DNA of 52,615 nucleotides from assembly GCA_002840935.1 (NCBI GenBank), contig PHDH01000002.1, positions 1-52,615 of the forward strand. The letters run 5' to 3'. Source of the stretch: Bacteroidetes bacterium HGW-Bacteroidetes-21. Lineage in GTDB: Bacteria; Bacteroidota; Bacteroidia; Bacteroidales; GWA2-32-17. The translations under genes were made by a program, and so were the position numbers. Of this stretch, positions 30,072-39,481 are shown one piece after another. The notes beneath the pieces were generated by a model. That model worked only from the letters and a program-made list of their open reading frames with translations. It had not been told where the DNA came from and searched no databases. Within the stretch, counting starts at the first letter, position 1. The number at the start of each line of letters is the position of its first letter.

Positions 30072-32429
30072 CTAAAACATTCCCTTGGTTTTCTTTTCAG
30101 TATCCAGTTCAATGTTTTTTTCAATCTTAGTTACAGTTTTACCTTTATTGAAACGATAGCTTATTTCGACCATAATCATGTTTTTCAGGAAGCCAATATC
30201 GTTGAACTTACTTTCGGAATATCCCGAAGTTTGAATAAAACTACCCTGATTAAAATCGACACCCCATGTAATAGGTGTAAAGTAAAGCAACATGACAGTC
30301 AGTTGTTTTTTTAGGAAAGGTTGTTGGATAAACGCAATCCAAAAGTCGTTGTCGCCTTTATTGTAGCCCTGGGATGTGATGAACTTCCTTAAATTATTCT
30401 GATACTGAATTCCAACAACGGTTCCATGGGCTTGGTTGACATAAATAAACTGATTAGACATGGACCAGTCATTTAAACTGTATTCGTTGCCTGAATAGGT
30501 GACACTGCTTTTGTAAAAGTCGAAGTCTGATTGAAGAAATATTGACTTCCCGAAAGGAATCGTCATCCTGGCCTCGAGACCGTAGTTCTGATAAAATCCT
30601 GTGTTGGCATAGTTGTATTCGAAAATGCTGTCGGAGCGTAAAGTGCCGATTTCTGCAATGTAATTGTTGGAAAAATGATAATAGGGTTCTATGGTTAAAA
30701 GTCCTCCAAGTATATTGGTTTGCATCGAAATTTTATGTGTGACTTCTGGTGTTAGATAGGGGTTTCCTGTTCGGACGCTCTGTAAGTCAAGCATGTATGT
30801 AAAGGGGTTGGATTGTCCGATACCGGGATAATTGGAGGCAGAACGGTATTTTACCTTAAAATCAATTTTTTCGTTGGGTTTATATTTAAAATCGCCGTAG
30901 GGCTGGAAAATGAGGTAGTTGTTTTTTCTTCCATCTGCTACCGGAGCGCTGGTTTCGGCTGCACAACCGAGTTTCATGCCTAGTTTTTTAGTGAACTGTA
31001 AGGAGTAATAACTGTAAAGTTTATTTCTGATATCAGAATATTCAAAATTATTTGTGGTTGTTTCAACAGTATAAGTGTTATTGCTTTGAACCCATGTATT
31101 GCCGTAACCAAACTGAATGCCTGATTTGCTGTTGATAGTATGGTTGTATTCGAAATAAAATTTAGTACTACTTCTGTTGTTGTCTCCGTTTTCAGTCCGA
31201 ATATCAACATCGTTTTCATTGTATGTATTGGTGTAGTTGTCAGCGTATTGAGCAAAAACGAAATTGGAATTAAACGTATTATTTTCGTTGATTTTTCCAT
31301 TATAAAACAATGAACTGTAATAGCTTTTTGACCCTGTCTGATTTTTATACAAAGTGTTTAGATGATTAACTAAACTGCCGTTTGATAAGTAATTCACGCT
31401 GTAATTTTCTTCCGTCTTATTGATATTGTAGGGTTGAGTCATTATATTGTTTTCCATGCTGATGGTGTGTTTGGGGTTGATGTAATAATCCGCGCCTACA
31501 GTAATTCCATTATAAAGTTGCTTCACTCTGGTATTTATATCGTCGCCTTCTGGAACGCTTTCAATTATAAACCCATTTTGATATTCCTTTAGATTTGTTG
31601 AGATTAAATTGAAATTATTGAAGTTACTACTATATTTCCCGTAGATATTTACTTTATTGTATACATAGTTGAGGGTGGCAGAAGCACCGTTCTGAACCGG
31701 TATATATTCCTTTTTTTGGGGATCGGTGTCCAGCATTCCTCTTTCGCTGATAAAAATTTCGGTGCCCTGATAATCTTTTTTCAGAATAATATTAATGACA
31801 GACGAATATCCTTCAAGCGCATACCTTCCGCCCGGATCGCGTATAACTTCAATTTTCTTTAAACGGTCGGGGGCCAGATTTTTAATGTATTCCTGATCTT
31901 TTTCAAGTCCGTCGACCAGAATTATTACTTTGCTGTCGTTGTCTACTTTTATGGAATTGTTATATCTATCGTAGGTTACGCCGTTTACTTTCTCAAGAAC
32001 CTCTTTGGTGTTGCTGGCTCCGGCTTTCATTTTATCCGTTACAATCTGGACATCCCTATCGAGCAGGTTTTCACTCGAATTGGTTTTAATGTTCACTTCA
32101 CTAATAAAGTTAACATCTTGAACGAGGTTTATTACGCCCACAAATTTATTGCTCCCCACCATCGTCATTTCTGAAGTGTCTGTTACATATCCTATGAAAC
32201 TATAGACAAAACGATAGGCTCCGGGATTTAGAGAAATAGTAAAAAAACCTTTTTGATCGGTCACCGTTCCGGACACTATTTCTTTCGCTGGATTTTGAAC
32301 AGATACAGAGCAAAACTCTAACGCATCTTTGGTTATAGCATCTTTAACCTGCCCTGTGACTTCGACTTTATTTTGCGAAAATAATGCTGTGCTTAAGGAT
32401 ATAAACAGTACAAGTAATACTTTATTCAT
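30072..32429 (-). CDS. TonB-dependent receptor-like outer-membrane beta-barrel protein
   Basis: Signal peptide; N-terminal carboxypeptidase-regulatory-like domain (VTGQVKD...SFIGY); plug (IEVIRDPGGRY...VINIILKK); GNPYLTPE; ISYRFNKGK end. Confidence 0.85.
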   Translation of the reverse strand: MNKVLLVLFISLSTALFSQNKVEVTGQVKDAITKDALEFCSVSVQNPAKEIVSGTVTDQKGFFTISLNPGAYRFVYSFIGYVTDTSEMTMVGSNKFVGVINLVQDVNFISEVNIKTNSSENLLDRDVQIVTDKMKAGASNTKEVLEKVNGVTYDRYNNSIKVDNDSKVIILVDGLEKDQEYIKNLAPDRLKKIEVIRDPGGRYALEGYSSVINIILKKDYQGTEIFISERGMLDTDPQKKEYIPVQNGASATLNYVYNKVNIYGKYSSNFNNFNLISTNLKEYQNGFIIESVPEGDDINTRVKQLYNGITVGADYYINPKHTISMENNIMTQPYNINKTEENYSVNYLSNGSLVNHLNTLYKNQTGSKSYYSSLFYNGKINENNTFNSNFVFAQYADNYTNTYNENDVDIRTENGDNNRSSTKFYFEYNHTINSKSGIQFGYGNTWVQSNNTYTVETTTNNFEYSDIRNKLYSYYSLQFTKKLGMKLGCAAETSAPVADGRKNNYLIFQPYGDFKYKPNEKIDFKVKYRSASNYPGIGQSNPFTYMLDLQSVRTGNPYLTPEVTHKISMQTNILGGLLTIEPYYHFSNNYIAEIGTLRSDSIFEYNYANTGFYQNYGLEARMTIPFGKSIFLQSDFDFYKSSVTYSGNEYSLNDWSMSNQFIYVNQAHGTVVGIQYQNNLRKFITSQGYNKGDNDFWIAFIQQPFLKKQLTVMLLYFTPITWGVDFNQGSFIQTSGYSESKFNDIGFLKNMIMVEISYRFNKGKTVTKIEKNIELDTEKKTKGMF

Positions 32430-32486
32430 AAAAAGAATTTTGCTTAAAACGGTGCAAGAAAGAGAAAGTTACAGTAAAAAACAGAA

Positions 32487-33323
32487 TTAAATAAACCCCA
32501 GTTTTAAAAACGACTGTATAGTGATGTCTGTCCGTATTTTTGGAAACATGTCCATGTTAAAGGCTTCGTTGGGTTCGATGTTTACTGCCACAAAGTATAC
32601 TTTTCTGTCTTTTTCAATATATCCCACAAACCATCCGATATTGTTTTCGTTTCTGATAGCCCATCCGGTTTTTCCGCTGAAAACATATGCGCCGCTTTTA
32701 TCGATAATCATCATTCTTTTCATGATGTCGTATGTTTTGTTGGAAATGGGAAGTTGTTTATTGAAAAATCGTTGTAAAAAACTAATTTGTTCAAACTGGG
32801 TGATTTTTGATTCTCCTTCGAGCCAGAATAGATCTATGGTTGTTGAGTCAAAAATCATATGTCCATAATCAAAATCGGTAAGATATTTCTTCATTCTTTC
32901 GACACCAATCTTCCTTGCAACATCCTGATAACATGGTACGCAAGAAACATAAAAAGCTTCACTGAAATACAGGTTTTGTTCCCATACCGGAAGTCTTCTT
33001 TTTTTGCCATCCCATGTAAAAAGGGTACTGTCGTTTTCAACAATACCTGTTTCCAAAGCAATGAGTGAGTTGGGGATTTTAAAAGTAGATGCTGGCAGAA
33101 ACCCCTGACTACATCTGTCGAAGTTATTTGAATACCATGTTTTTGATTGTGGATCGTAAATCAGGATGGAGCCTGTCACATCTGCCGAATCGAGTATGAT
33201 TTGCAGGTCGTTTGAAACCACTCGGGTGCTGTCGGGTTGTGTTACAACTTCTTTTTTCGTTTCCTGATTTTCTGAACAAGAGAAAAGAAACAGTACAGAG
33301 ATTAAGTAAAAAAGTTTATTCAT
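32487..33323 (-). CDS. blaOXA: Class D beta-lactamase (OXA-like), lipoprotein
   Basis: PASTFKIPN (SxxK), SCV (SxV), YGH (YGN position), FWLEG and KTGW motifs; lipobox LFS-C. Confidence 0.88.
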   Translation of the reverse strand: MNKLFYLISVLFLFSCSENQETKKEVVTQPDSTRVVSNDLQIILDSADVTGSILIYDPQSKTWYSNNFDRCSQGFLPASTFKIPNSLIALETGIVENDSTLFTWDGKKRRLPVWEQNLYFSEAFYVSCVPCYQDVARKIGVERMKKYLTDFDYGHMIFDSTTIDLFWLEGESKITQFEQISFLQRFFNKQLPISNKTYDIMKRMMIIDKSGAYVFSGKTGWAIRNENNIGWFVGYIEKDRKVYFVAVNIEPNEAFNMDMFPKIRTDITIQSFLKLGFI

Positions 33324-34287
33324 ACTGTAGTTTTAAATCTGTCATTATAATAGCTGCCACTGCTTCCAGAATAACAGGAACACGAAGGGCAATGCAAGTG
33401 TCGTGACGCCCTTTAATTTCTAGGGTTTCTGCTTTTCCGGATTTAATATTGAGTGTTTTTTGACTTTTGGCAATACTGGAAGTTGGTTTAACCGCTACTC
33501 TGAAAACAAGTTCGTTACCATTCGTTATTCCTCCATTGATACCTCCTGAGTTATTTGTTTTTGTTTTACCGGAGGCTTCAATAATGGCGTCATTGTGTTC
33601 GCTGCCCTTCATGGAAGCTGCCGAAAAGCCAGCACCGAATTCTATTCCTTTAATCGCTGGAATGGAAAAAGCAAGGTGACTGATTAAGGATTCTGCCGAA
33701 TCGAAAAAGGGTTCGCCCAACCCTGCTGACAGTCCTAGTATGCGACACTCAACGATACCTCCGATGGAGTCTTTTTCTGCAAGTGCTTTTTCTAGTGCTT
33801 TTTCAATATTTTTCATCCCTCCGGCTTCTATTAGTTTTGCTTCGAAATGCACATCCTGACTTATTTTTTTTGCTACCACACCCGCAGCAACCAACGCCAA
33901 AGTAAGACGTCCCGAGAAATGCCCTCCGCCACGATAATCAGCGAAACCACCAAATTTTATCTGTGCCGTATAATCAGCATGTCCCGGACGGGGTGTGTCG
34001 ACCAATTTGCTGTAATCGGATGATTTAATGTTGTTATTTGTGAAAAGTATGGTTATCGGAGCGCCGGTAGTGTGACCGTTGAAAGTGCCACTGATAATTT
34101 CAGGTATGTCGTCTTCAATCCGCTGACTTGTCCCTTTGGCTCCGCTTTTACGACGGAGTATATCGTCAATAAAATCTTCTTCTTTCAATGGTATGCCAAA
34201 GGGACAACCGTCAATTACAACGCCGATTGCCTTTCCGTGAGATTCGCCGAAAATACTGATTCTGAATTTTGTGCCAAAGGAATTCAT
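33316..34287 (-). CDS. aroC: Chorismate synthase
   Basis: MNSFG...FGESHG, RPGHAD, GGGHFSGR, GGINGGITNG, KPTSSI and GRHD.C motifs. Confidence 0.96.
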   Translation of the reverse strand: MNSFGTKFRISIFGESHGKAIGVVIDGCPFGIPLKEEDFIDDILRRKSGAKGTSQRIEDDIPEIISGTFNGHTTGAPITILFTNNNIKSSDYSKLVDTPRPGHADYTAQIKFGGFADYRGGGHFSGRLTLALVAAGVVAKKISQDVHFEAKLIEAGGMKNIEKALEKALAEKDSIGGIVECRILGLSAGLGEPFFDSAESLISHLAFSIPAIKGIEFGAGFSAASMKGSEHNDAIIEASGKTKTNNSGGINGGITNGNELVFRVAVKPTSSIAKSQKTLNIKSGKAETLEIKGRHDTCIALRVPVILEAVAAIIMTDLKLQYE

Positions 34288-34398
34288 TTGTAGATGTATT
34301 TGAAATGTAAAAGTAGTAAATATTTACTCCGTAAGAATATCTGTGGGGATAACTTACATTCAATCGGAAATAAAATATGAGAAGAATTTAATTGAATG

Positions 34399-34428
34399 TT
34401 TGGGGTGATTTTGCTTTTCATATATTTG
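34399..34428 (+). promoter_or_regulatory. Bacteroidota -33/-7 promoter for the TPR-CHAT gene
   Basis: TTTG (34399-34402), 18-nt spacer, TATATTTG (34421-34428). Confidence 0.5.
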
Positions 34429-34454
34429 TAATTCAATTGTGAATCAATAAGAAG

Positions 34455-37400
34455 ATGAAATTGATATTTACTTCATTGGTACTAATACTTTTCTCGATTG
34501 CTGTTTGTGCTCAGACACAGGAAGAAACGCTGAACAGTTTTTATCAGGAGTATCAGGCGCAGAATTTTACGTCGGCCGTCACCGCAGGTAATCAGTATTT
34601 GCAGAAATCCACTATTAAGGATACAACCTATTTAGACGTTCTGCGATATCTGGCATTTAGCTATTACAACTTGCAGGATTATCCTATGGCGGTCGAGAAA
34701 TACGAACAATGTCAAAAACTTTGCGCGGATCTTAAAGGTAAGGAGAACTACGAATATATCATGGCAACTTTCAATCTGGCAGTCAATTATACTTATGTAA
34801 AAAAGTATTCGTTGGCTTTTCCGTTGATGGAAGAAGTCATGGCTTTTATAGAGAAAGATCAGACGAAACACAGCATGGATTACATTAATACGGGCATACA
34901 GCAGGCTAATATTTACAATCTTGCCGGAAGTTTCGATTTGGCAGCCTCTGTGTACGAAGATATTTTTTCGGTCGTTAAAAGCGAATACACGGAGACCGAT
35001 TCTCTGTATCAGCAAATGGTGAATATTATTGCCCCTTTTTACCTTCAGAATGGTCGTTACGATAAAGCTGAACCTTTTTATGTCAGCGCTGTTAGTATTA
35101 TGGAAAATGTGTATGGGAAAAAGCACGTTTATTATTTGCTGACATTAAACAGTCTGGGCGAGTTTTATCTCTATGCCGGGATGTATGCGAAAATGGAAAA
35201 AGTCTTTGCTGAATCGGTAACTATATGCCTTGATATGTATGGAAAAAACTCAGCCGATTATGCAACTGCACTCAACAATCTGGCTGTTTCTTATGAAAAG
35301 CAAGGAAAAAACAAGGAGGCTGAGGAATTATATCTTCAGTGTCTGAAAATAAAAGCCAAAGTGTATAAAAAAGAGAGCGACTATTATGCTTTGTCGTTAT
35401 CCAATCTTGCAGTACTGTACGATAATATGGGTCGTAATGAGGAAGCCGGAAAACTTCTCGAAGAAGCCATTCGTATTTATTCAAAAGTATACGACGAATC
35501 CAATCCGAATTATGCTGTTGCGCTGAGTAATATGGCTTCTGTCTATTCGGGATCGGGGAAGTATCTTCGGGCAATGGAGTTATTGCTAAAAGCGGGAGAG
35601 ATACAACAAAAAAACTATGGCGAAAAATATGTTGGGTATATTAATACACTTCATAATCTGGCTACCATTCATGAAGAATTGGGTGATTACAATATGGCAG
35701 AATCTATCTATGAAAAAGTTGCAGCGTTGAAAAAAGAAGTTCTGGGAGCAAGTCATACCGATTATGCCACAACTTTAGTCAGTTTGGCTCATATAAAGAC
35801 AGTTAGGGGAAAATATAGTGAGGCAGAAAAATTACTGACTGAAGCTTTGGCAATTCAGCGACAAGCTGTAGGCGAGAATCATGCTTCTTATCTCACTTGT
35901 CTCAACAGTCTTGCCGGATTGTACAGTTACATGGGAAATTATCAGTTGTCGGGCGAGTTGTATCAGCAATGTAAGATAGGTTTTGAGTTGACTTTTGGCG
36001 ATATGCATCCCGAGTATGCTACTTTTTTGAATAATATGGGACTCTATTATTTTGAGTCGGGTCAGTATAATGAAGCAGAGAATGCGCTAAAAAAGTCGCT
36101 CGACATTCAACAGAAAGCCTATGGAAAAGATCATCCGGATAATGTGAATATGCTTACCAATCTGGCTAATGTAATGATGAAAATAGGTAACAATAGAATG
36201 GCCGAAGAATATCTGATGGAATCGAATCGCATAGTTCAGGAAAAATTGGGACTTGAGCATCCAAGTTATGTTACATCGATTCTATCTTTGGGTGTTTTTA
36301 ATTTCGAGACAGGGAATTACGAAAAAGCCGAAAATTTTTATCTGGAAGCATTAGAGAAATCGAAAGCACTGAAAGGTGAAGTAACTGAAGAATATGCAAC
36401 CATACTTAGTAATCTGGGAGCTCTTTATCTGGCAAAAATAATGGTCGAGGAAAATGAAACAAAAGCAGTTGTCTTGGCAAAAACGGCCGAGTCCTATTTA
36501 TTGAGTTCGCTTCGCATTGATAGCCTTTTATATGGTAGCGATCATCCCGATTATATTTCGCATTTGAATAATCTGGCAGAGTTTTACAGAAATACCAATC
36601 AGTTCGAACAAGCAGAAAAACTTTATCTCAAAGTTATAGAAGCTGAACGAAAGAAATTCGGCGAAAGTTTTCCGCCGTTAGCCGTGATATATCACAATCT
36701 GGGGCTGCTTTACAATGGGGCTGGCATGAACGAAAAAGCGGAGGATTTTTGCAAAAAGTCGTTGGCACTTAAAAAAGAGGTATATGGCGAAAACTCCACG
36801 GCTTGCTCTGATGTATTGTCGAGTCTGGCTTATGTTTACGAAAGTTCAGGAAACTTTAAGGATGCCGAAGCATGTTACAAAAAGGCGCTGAAACTAAACT
36901 ATGAAATGGTACGACAGAACTTTGCTTTCTTATCCGAGGAAGAAAAAACCAATTACCTCACAACATTGGCTCATTATAACGATATGTTTGCCGCTTTTGT
37001 TTTAAAAAACAAAGCACTTAATCCCTCTGCTACCAGTGATTTGTATAGTAATTTACTGATCAATAAAGGAATACTTTTACGTTCTTCGGGGGAGATGAAA
37101 AACAAGGTGTTTAAAAGTAATGATAAGGCACTTATACAAAAATATAATGAATGGATAGGCTTCAGGCAGCAGTTGGCAAAGCTATATACGATGCCCGAAA
37201 AGGATCGTTTTGAATCAGTGTCTGAAGTAGAAGAAAAAGCAAACCGGCTTGAAAAAGAACTAGTAGCAGTTACTTCCGATCCTAACGACGAAAACGAATC
37301 GTTCTATCGCGATGGGCAAACAGTTCAGAAATCATTAAAGGAAAAAGAAGCAGCCATTGAGTTTGGTCATTTTAAGCGATTAGAAAAAGATAACACTTAC

Positions 37401-38516
37401 AGCGATAACTATTACGCCTTAATTGTTCGGTCCGATCAGCCTTATCCATTGATGCTAGAATTATTTAATGTCGAGGCTTTTGCTAAAGTATTTGGCACTT
37501 ACAAGGGAAATAATTTGAATTACATTTCTGGTCTGTATTTTACTCCAGATCTGTATCGGTTAATATGGCAGCTGCTGGAGCCTTACCTGAACGGTATTTT
37601 TACGTTGTATATCGCTCCGGATGGATTATTGCATAAGGTAGCATTTGCTTCGGTAAAAACGCCAAAAAACCTGTATTTGTCAGATATGTATTCGCTGAAT
37701 ATTGTTTCGTCTACTTTCCAGGTCTGCAATAAAAATGAAGGTAATGTAATGGCAGGTAATCCCGATGCGGCCATTTTTGGAGGAGCGCTATACAGTAGCG
37801 GTGAAGCGCCTGCTGAAGGCTGGAAATATCTAGAAGGAACGTTGACGGAAGCACAGCAAATACAAAAAATATGTAGCAGCCAGAAAGTGCAAAATAAAGT
37901 CTTTACTGGTGAGCAAGCGAGTGAGGAGAACATAAAGGCGTTAGTCGGGAAAAGTGCGCCGACAATACTGCACATTGCAACCCATGGTTTTTTCTATCCA
38001 GATCCCAATGAAACCAACGTGAAAGATGAAAACGAAGCCCCTGTTCTGGCCGAAGTTACATTTCGTGGCGGAACGGGTTCTGAGGCCATTTTATCTTTCC
38101 TCAATAATCCTAATCCGCTTTTGCGTTCAGGTCTTGCATTGTCAGGTGCAAATAGTGTTTGGACTTCCACCTCCGGGTTGGCTGAAGATGGTATTTTAAC
38201 GGCTTACGAAGTATCAAATATTAATCTGTCGAAAGTTCGGCTAGTTGTTCTCTCAGCCTGCGAAACCGGTCTGGGCGATATCAAGGGAAGTGAGGGGGTT
38301 TACGGTCTGCAACGTGCTTTTAAAATGGCGGGAGTTAAATACATCGTAATGAGTTTATGGCAGGTGCCGGACAAAGAAACCGTCGAGTTTATGGAAACAT
38401 TTTACACCAAACTTTTAAAATCAAAAGACATTCGAAAATCGTTTTCGGATACACAAAAAGAAATGCGGAAGAAATATGATCCGTATTATTGGGCTGCCTT
38501 TGTGTTGGTAGAGTAG
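34455..38516 (+). CDS. Exported TPR-repeat protein with C-terminal CHAT protease domain
   Basis: Signal peptide; many 42-aa TPRs (HPDY...LNNLA); CHAT motifs APDGLLH, LHIATHGFF, DGILTAYEV, LSACETGLG, SLWQVPD and PYYWAAFVL. Confidence 0.93.
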   Translation: MKLIFTSLVLILFSIAVCAQTQEETLNSFYQEYQAQNFTSAVTAGNQYLQKSTIKDTTYLDVLRYLAFSYYNLQDYPMAVEKYEQCQKLCADLKGKENYEYIMATFNLAVNYTYVKKYSLAFPLMEEVMAFIEKDQTKHSMDYINTGIQQANIYNLAGSFDLAASVYEDIFSVVKSEYTETDSLYQQMVNIIAPFYLQNGRYDKAEPFYVSAVSIMENVYGKKHVYYLLTLNSLGEFYLYAGMYAKMEKVFAESVTICLDMYGKNSADYATALNNLAVSYEKQGKNKEAEELYLQCLKIKAKVYKKESDYYALSLSNLAVLYDNMGRNEEAGKLLEEAIRIYSKVYDESNPNYAVALSNMASVYSGSGKYLRAMELLLKAGEIQQKNYGEKYVGYINTLHNLATIHEELGDYNMAESIYEKVAALKKEVLGASHTDYATTLVSLAHIKTVRGKYSEAEKLLTEALAIQRQAVGENHASYLTCLNSLAGLYSYMGNYQLSGELYQQCKIGFELTFGDMHPEYATFLNNMGLYYFESGQYNEAENALKKSLDIQQKAYGKDHPDNVNMLTNLANVMMKIGNNRMAEEYLMESNRIVQEKLGLEHPSYVTSILSLGVFNFETGNYEKAENFYLEALEKSKALKGEVTEEYATILSNLGALYLAKIMVEENETKAVVLAKTAESYLLSSLRIDSLLYGSDHPDYISHLNNLAEFYRNTNQFEQAEKLYLKVIEAERKKFGESFPPLAVIYHNLGLLYNGAGMNEKAEDFCKKSLALKKEVYGENSTACSDVLSSLAYVYESSGNFKDAEACYKKALKLNYEMVRQNFAFLSEEEKTNYLTTLAHYNDMFAAFVLKNKALNPSATSDLYSNLLINKGILLRSSGEMKNKVFKSNDKALIQKYNEWIGFRQQLAKLYTMPEKDRFESVSEVEEKANRLEKELVAVTSDPNDENESFYRDGQTVQKSLKEKEAAIEFGHFKRLEKDNTYSDNYYALIVRSDQPYPLMLELFNVEAFAKVFGTYKGNNLNYISGLYFTPDLYRLIWQLLEPYLNGIFTLYIAPDGLLHKVAFASVKTPKNLYLSDMYSLNIVSSTFQVCNKNEGNVMAGNPDAAIFGGALYSSGEAPAEGWKYLEGTLTEAQQIQKICSSQKVQNKVFTGEQASEENIKALVGKSAPTILHIATHGFFYPDPNETNVKDENEAPVLAEVTFRGGTGSEAILSFLNNPNPLLRSGLALSGANSVWTSTSGLAEDGILTAYEVSNINLSKVRLVVLSACETGLGDIKGSEGVYGLQRAFKMAGVKYIVMSLWQVPDKETVEFMETFYTKLLKSKDIRKSFSDTQKEMRKKYDPYYWAAFVLVE

Positions 38517-38523
38517 TTTGTAT

Positions 38524-38801
38524 GTACTCTGTGAAATTATCTCCCGCAGATCTCGCTGATGTTCGCAGATTCGATTCTGATTAATTAGTGAATTTTCATC
38601 TGTGTAAATCTGTGTAATCTGTGGCAAATGTATTTGTATTGATATATCCTCATTGGTACTCTGTGAAATTATCTCCCGCAGATCCCGCGGATGTTCGCAG
38701 ATTCGATTCTGATTAATTAATGAATTTTCATCTGTGTAAATCTGTGTAATCTGTGGCAAATGTATTTGTATTCAAATATCCTCCGTGTTACTCTGTGAAA
38801 T
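38524..38801. repeat. 132-bp tandem direct repeat (two copies plus start of a third), each with an internal imperfect inverted repeat
   Basis: GTACTCTGTGAAATTATCTCCCGCAGAT... starts at 38524 and 38656, with TACTCTGTGAAAT again at 38789. The copies differ at only a few positions. Confidence 0.92.
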
Positions 38802-38808
38802 AACTTCT

Positions 38809-39273
38809 CTACACAACGGGTTTGACCCTAAAAGCGTGCACCGTTCCGATAATTGTAAATGCCAACATAAATAGTCCGTAGGCGACCCAGCCCAAGCCTG
38901 TTTCGTCGAATGAAATGTGACTGGGTGACGATATCATGAGTCCGTCCCATAATATCATTATGAAGGATAATGAAAGACCTATGATAGAAAAGACTTTTAC
39001 CGTTTTGGTTTTAAGTTTCACCAACGACAAAATAAATAATACTGTAAAACCCAGAAAAAACATCATGGTCACTACACCGGCTTCTTCGGTAATATCATCG
39101 TCATTGTCATAGGCAGAGTATGAATTATAGCCAGAATAATCGTAAGGATCCGAATTGTATGTGTCGTAGTAACTACTGTAACGGGCACTGGACACTTCTT
39201 CCATGTAATAGAAATCAGCTATAATGAAGCCCAGACTCAGTGCCATGGCGATAATAAATAAAACTCGCATCAT
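38809..39273 (-). CDS. Hypothetical membrane protein (about 4 TM) with Tyr/Ser/Asp-rich loop
   Basis: Four hydrophobic segments; low-complexity loop YSSYYDTYNSDPYDYSGYNSYSAYDNDDD. Confidence 0.75.
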   Translation of the reverse strand: MMRVLFIIAMALSLGFIIADFYYMEEVSSARYSSYYDTYNSDPYDYSGYNSYSAYDNDDDITEEAGVVTMMFFLGFTVLFILSLVKLKTKTVKVFSIIGLSLSFIMILWDGLMISSPSHISFDETGLGWVAYGLFMLAFTIIGTVHAFRVKPVV

Positions 39274-39481
39274 AATATATTGGTTTTGGTTAATAAATGA
39301 GTTGTCTATAAATTTTTTACGACCCTGAACGAAAATAGTTTGTGAAAAGGGAGTGTTTTTTTACAGAAGTTTTAAAAATCATTTTCCATATGTATTGTTT
39401 TTTATCAACCCATTTCATAGCAAAAATTCAAATTTTCAATCTGGTACGATTTTCGTATATTTACCTGCCTAATTTTATTGA

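Noticed and set aside
34455-38516. Craspase/type III-E CRISPR or gasdermin-type defence system
   Set aside because: No Cas7-11, CRISPR array, gasdermin or NLR-like ATPase recognised nearby, and the protease has a signal peptide.
38421-38759. 112-aa ORF with repeated PQITQIYTD
   Set aside because: It is the in-frame translation of the 132-bp DNA repeat and overlaps the CHAT gene antisense.
38524-38801. CRISPR array
   Set aside because: Units are 132 bp and nearly identical throughout, with no unique spacers, and there are no cas genes in the window.
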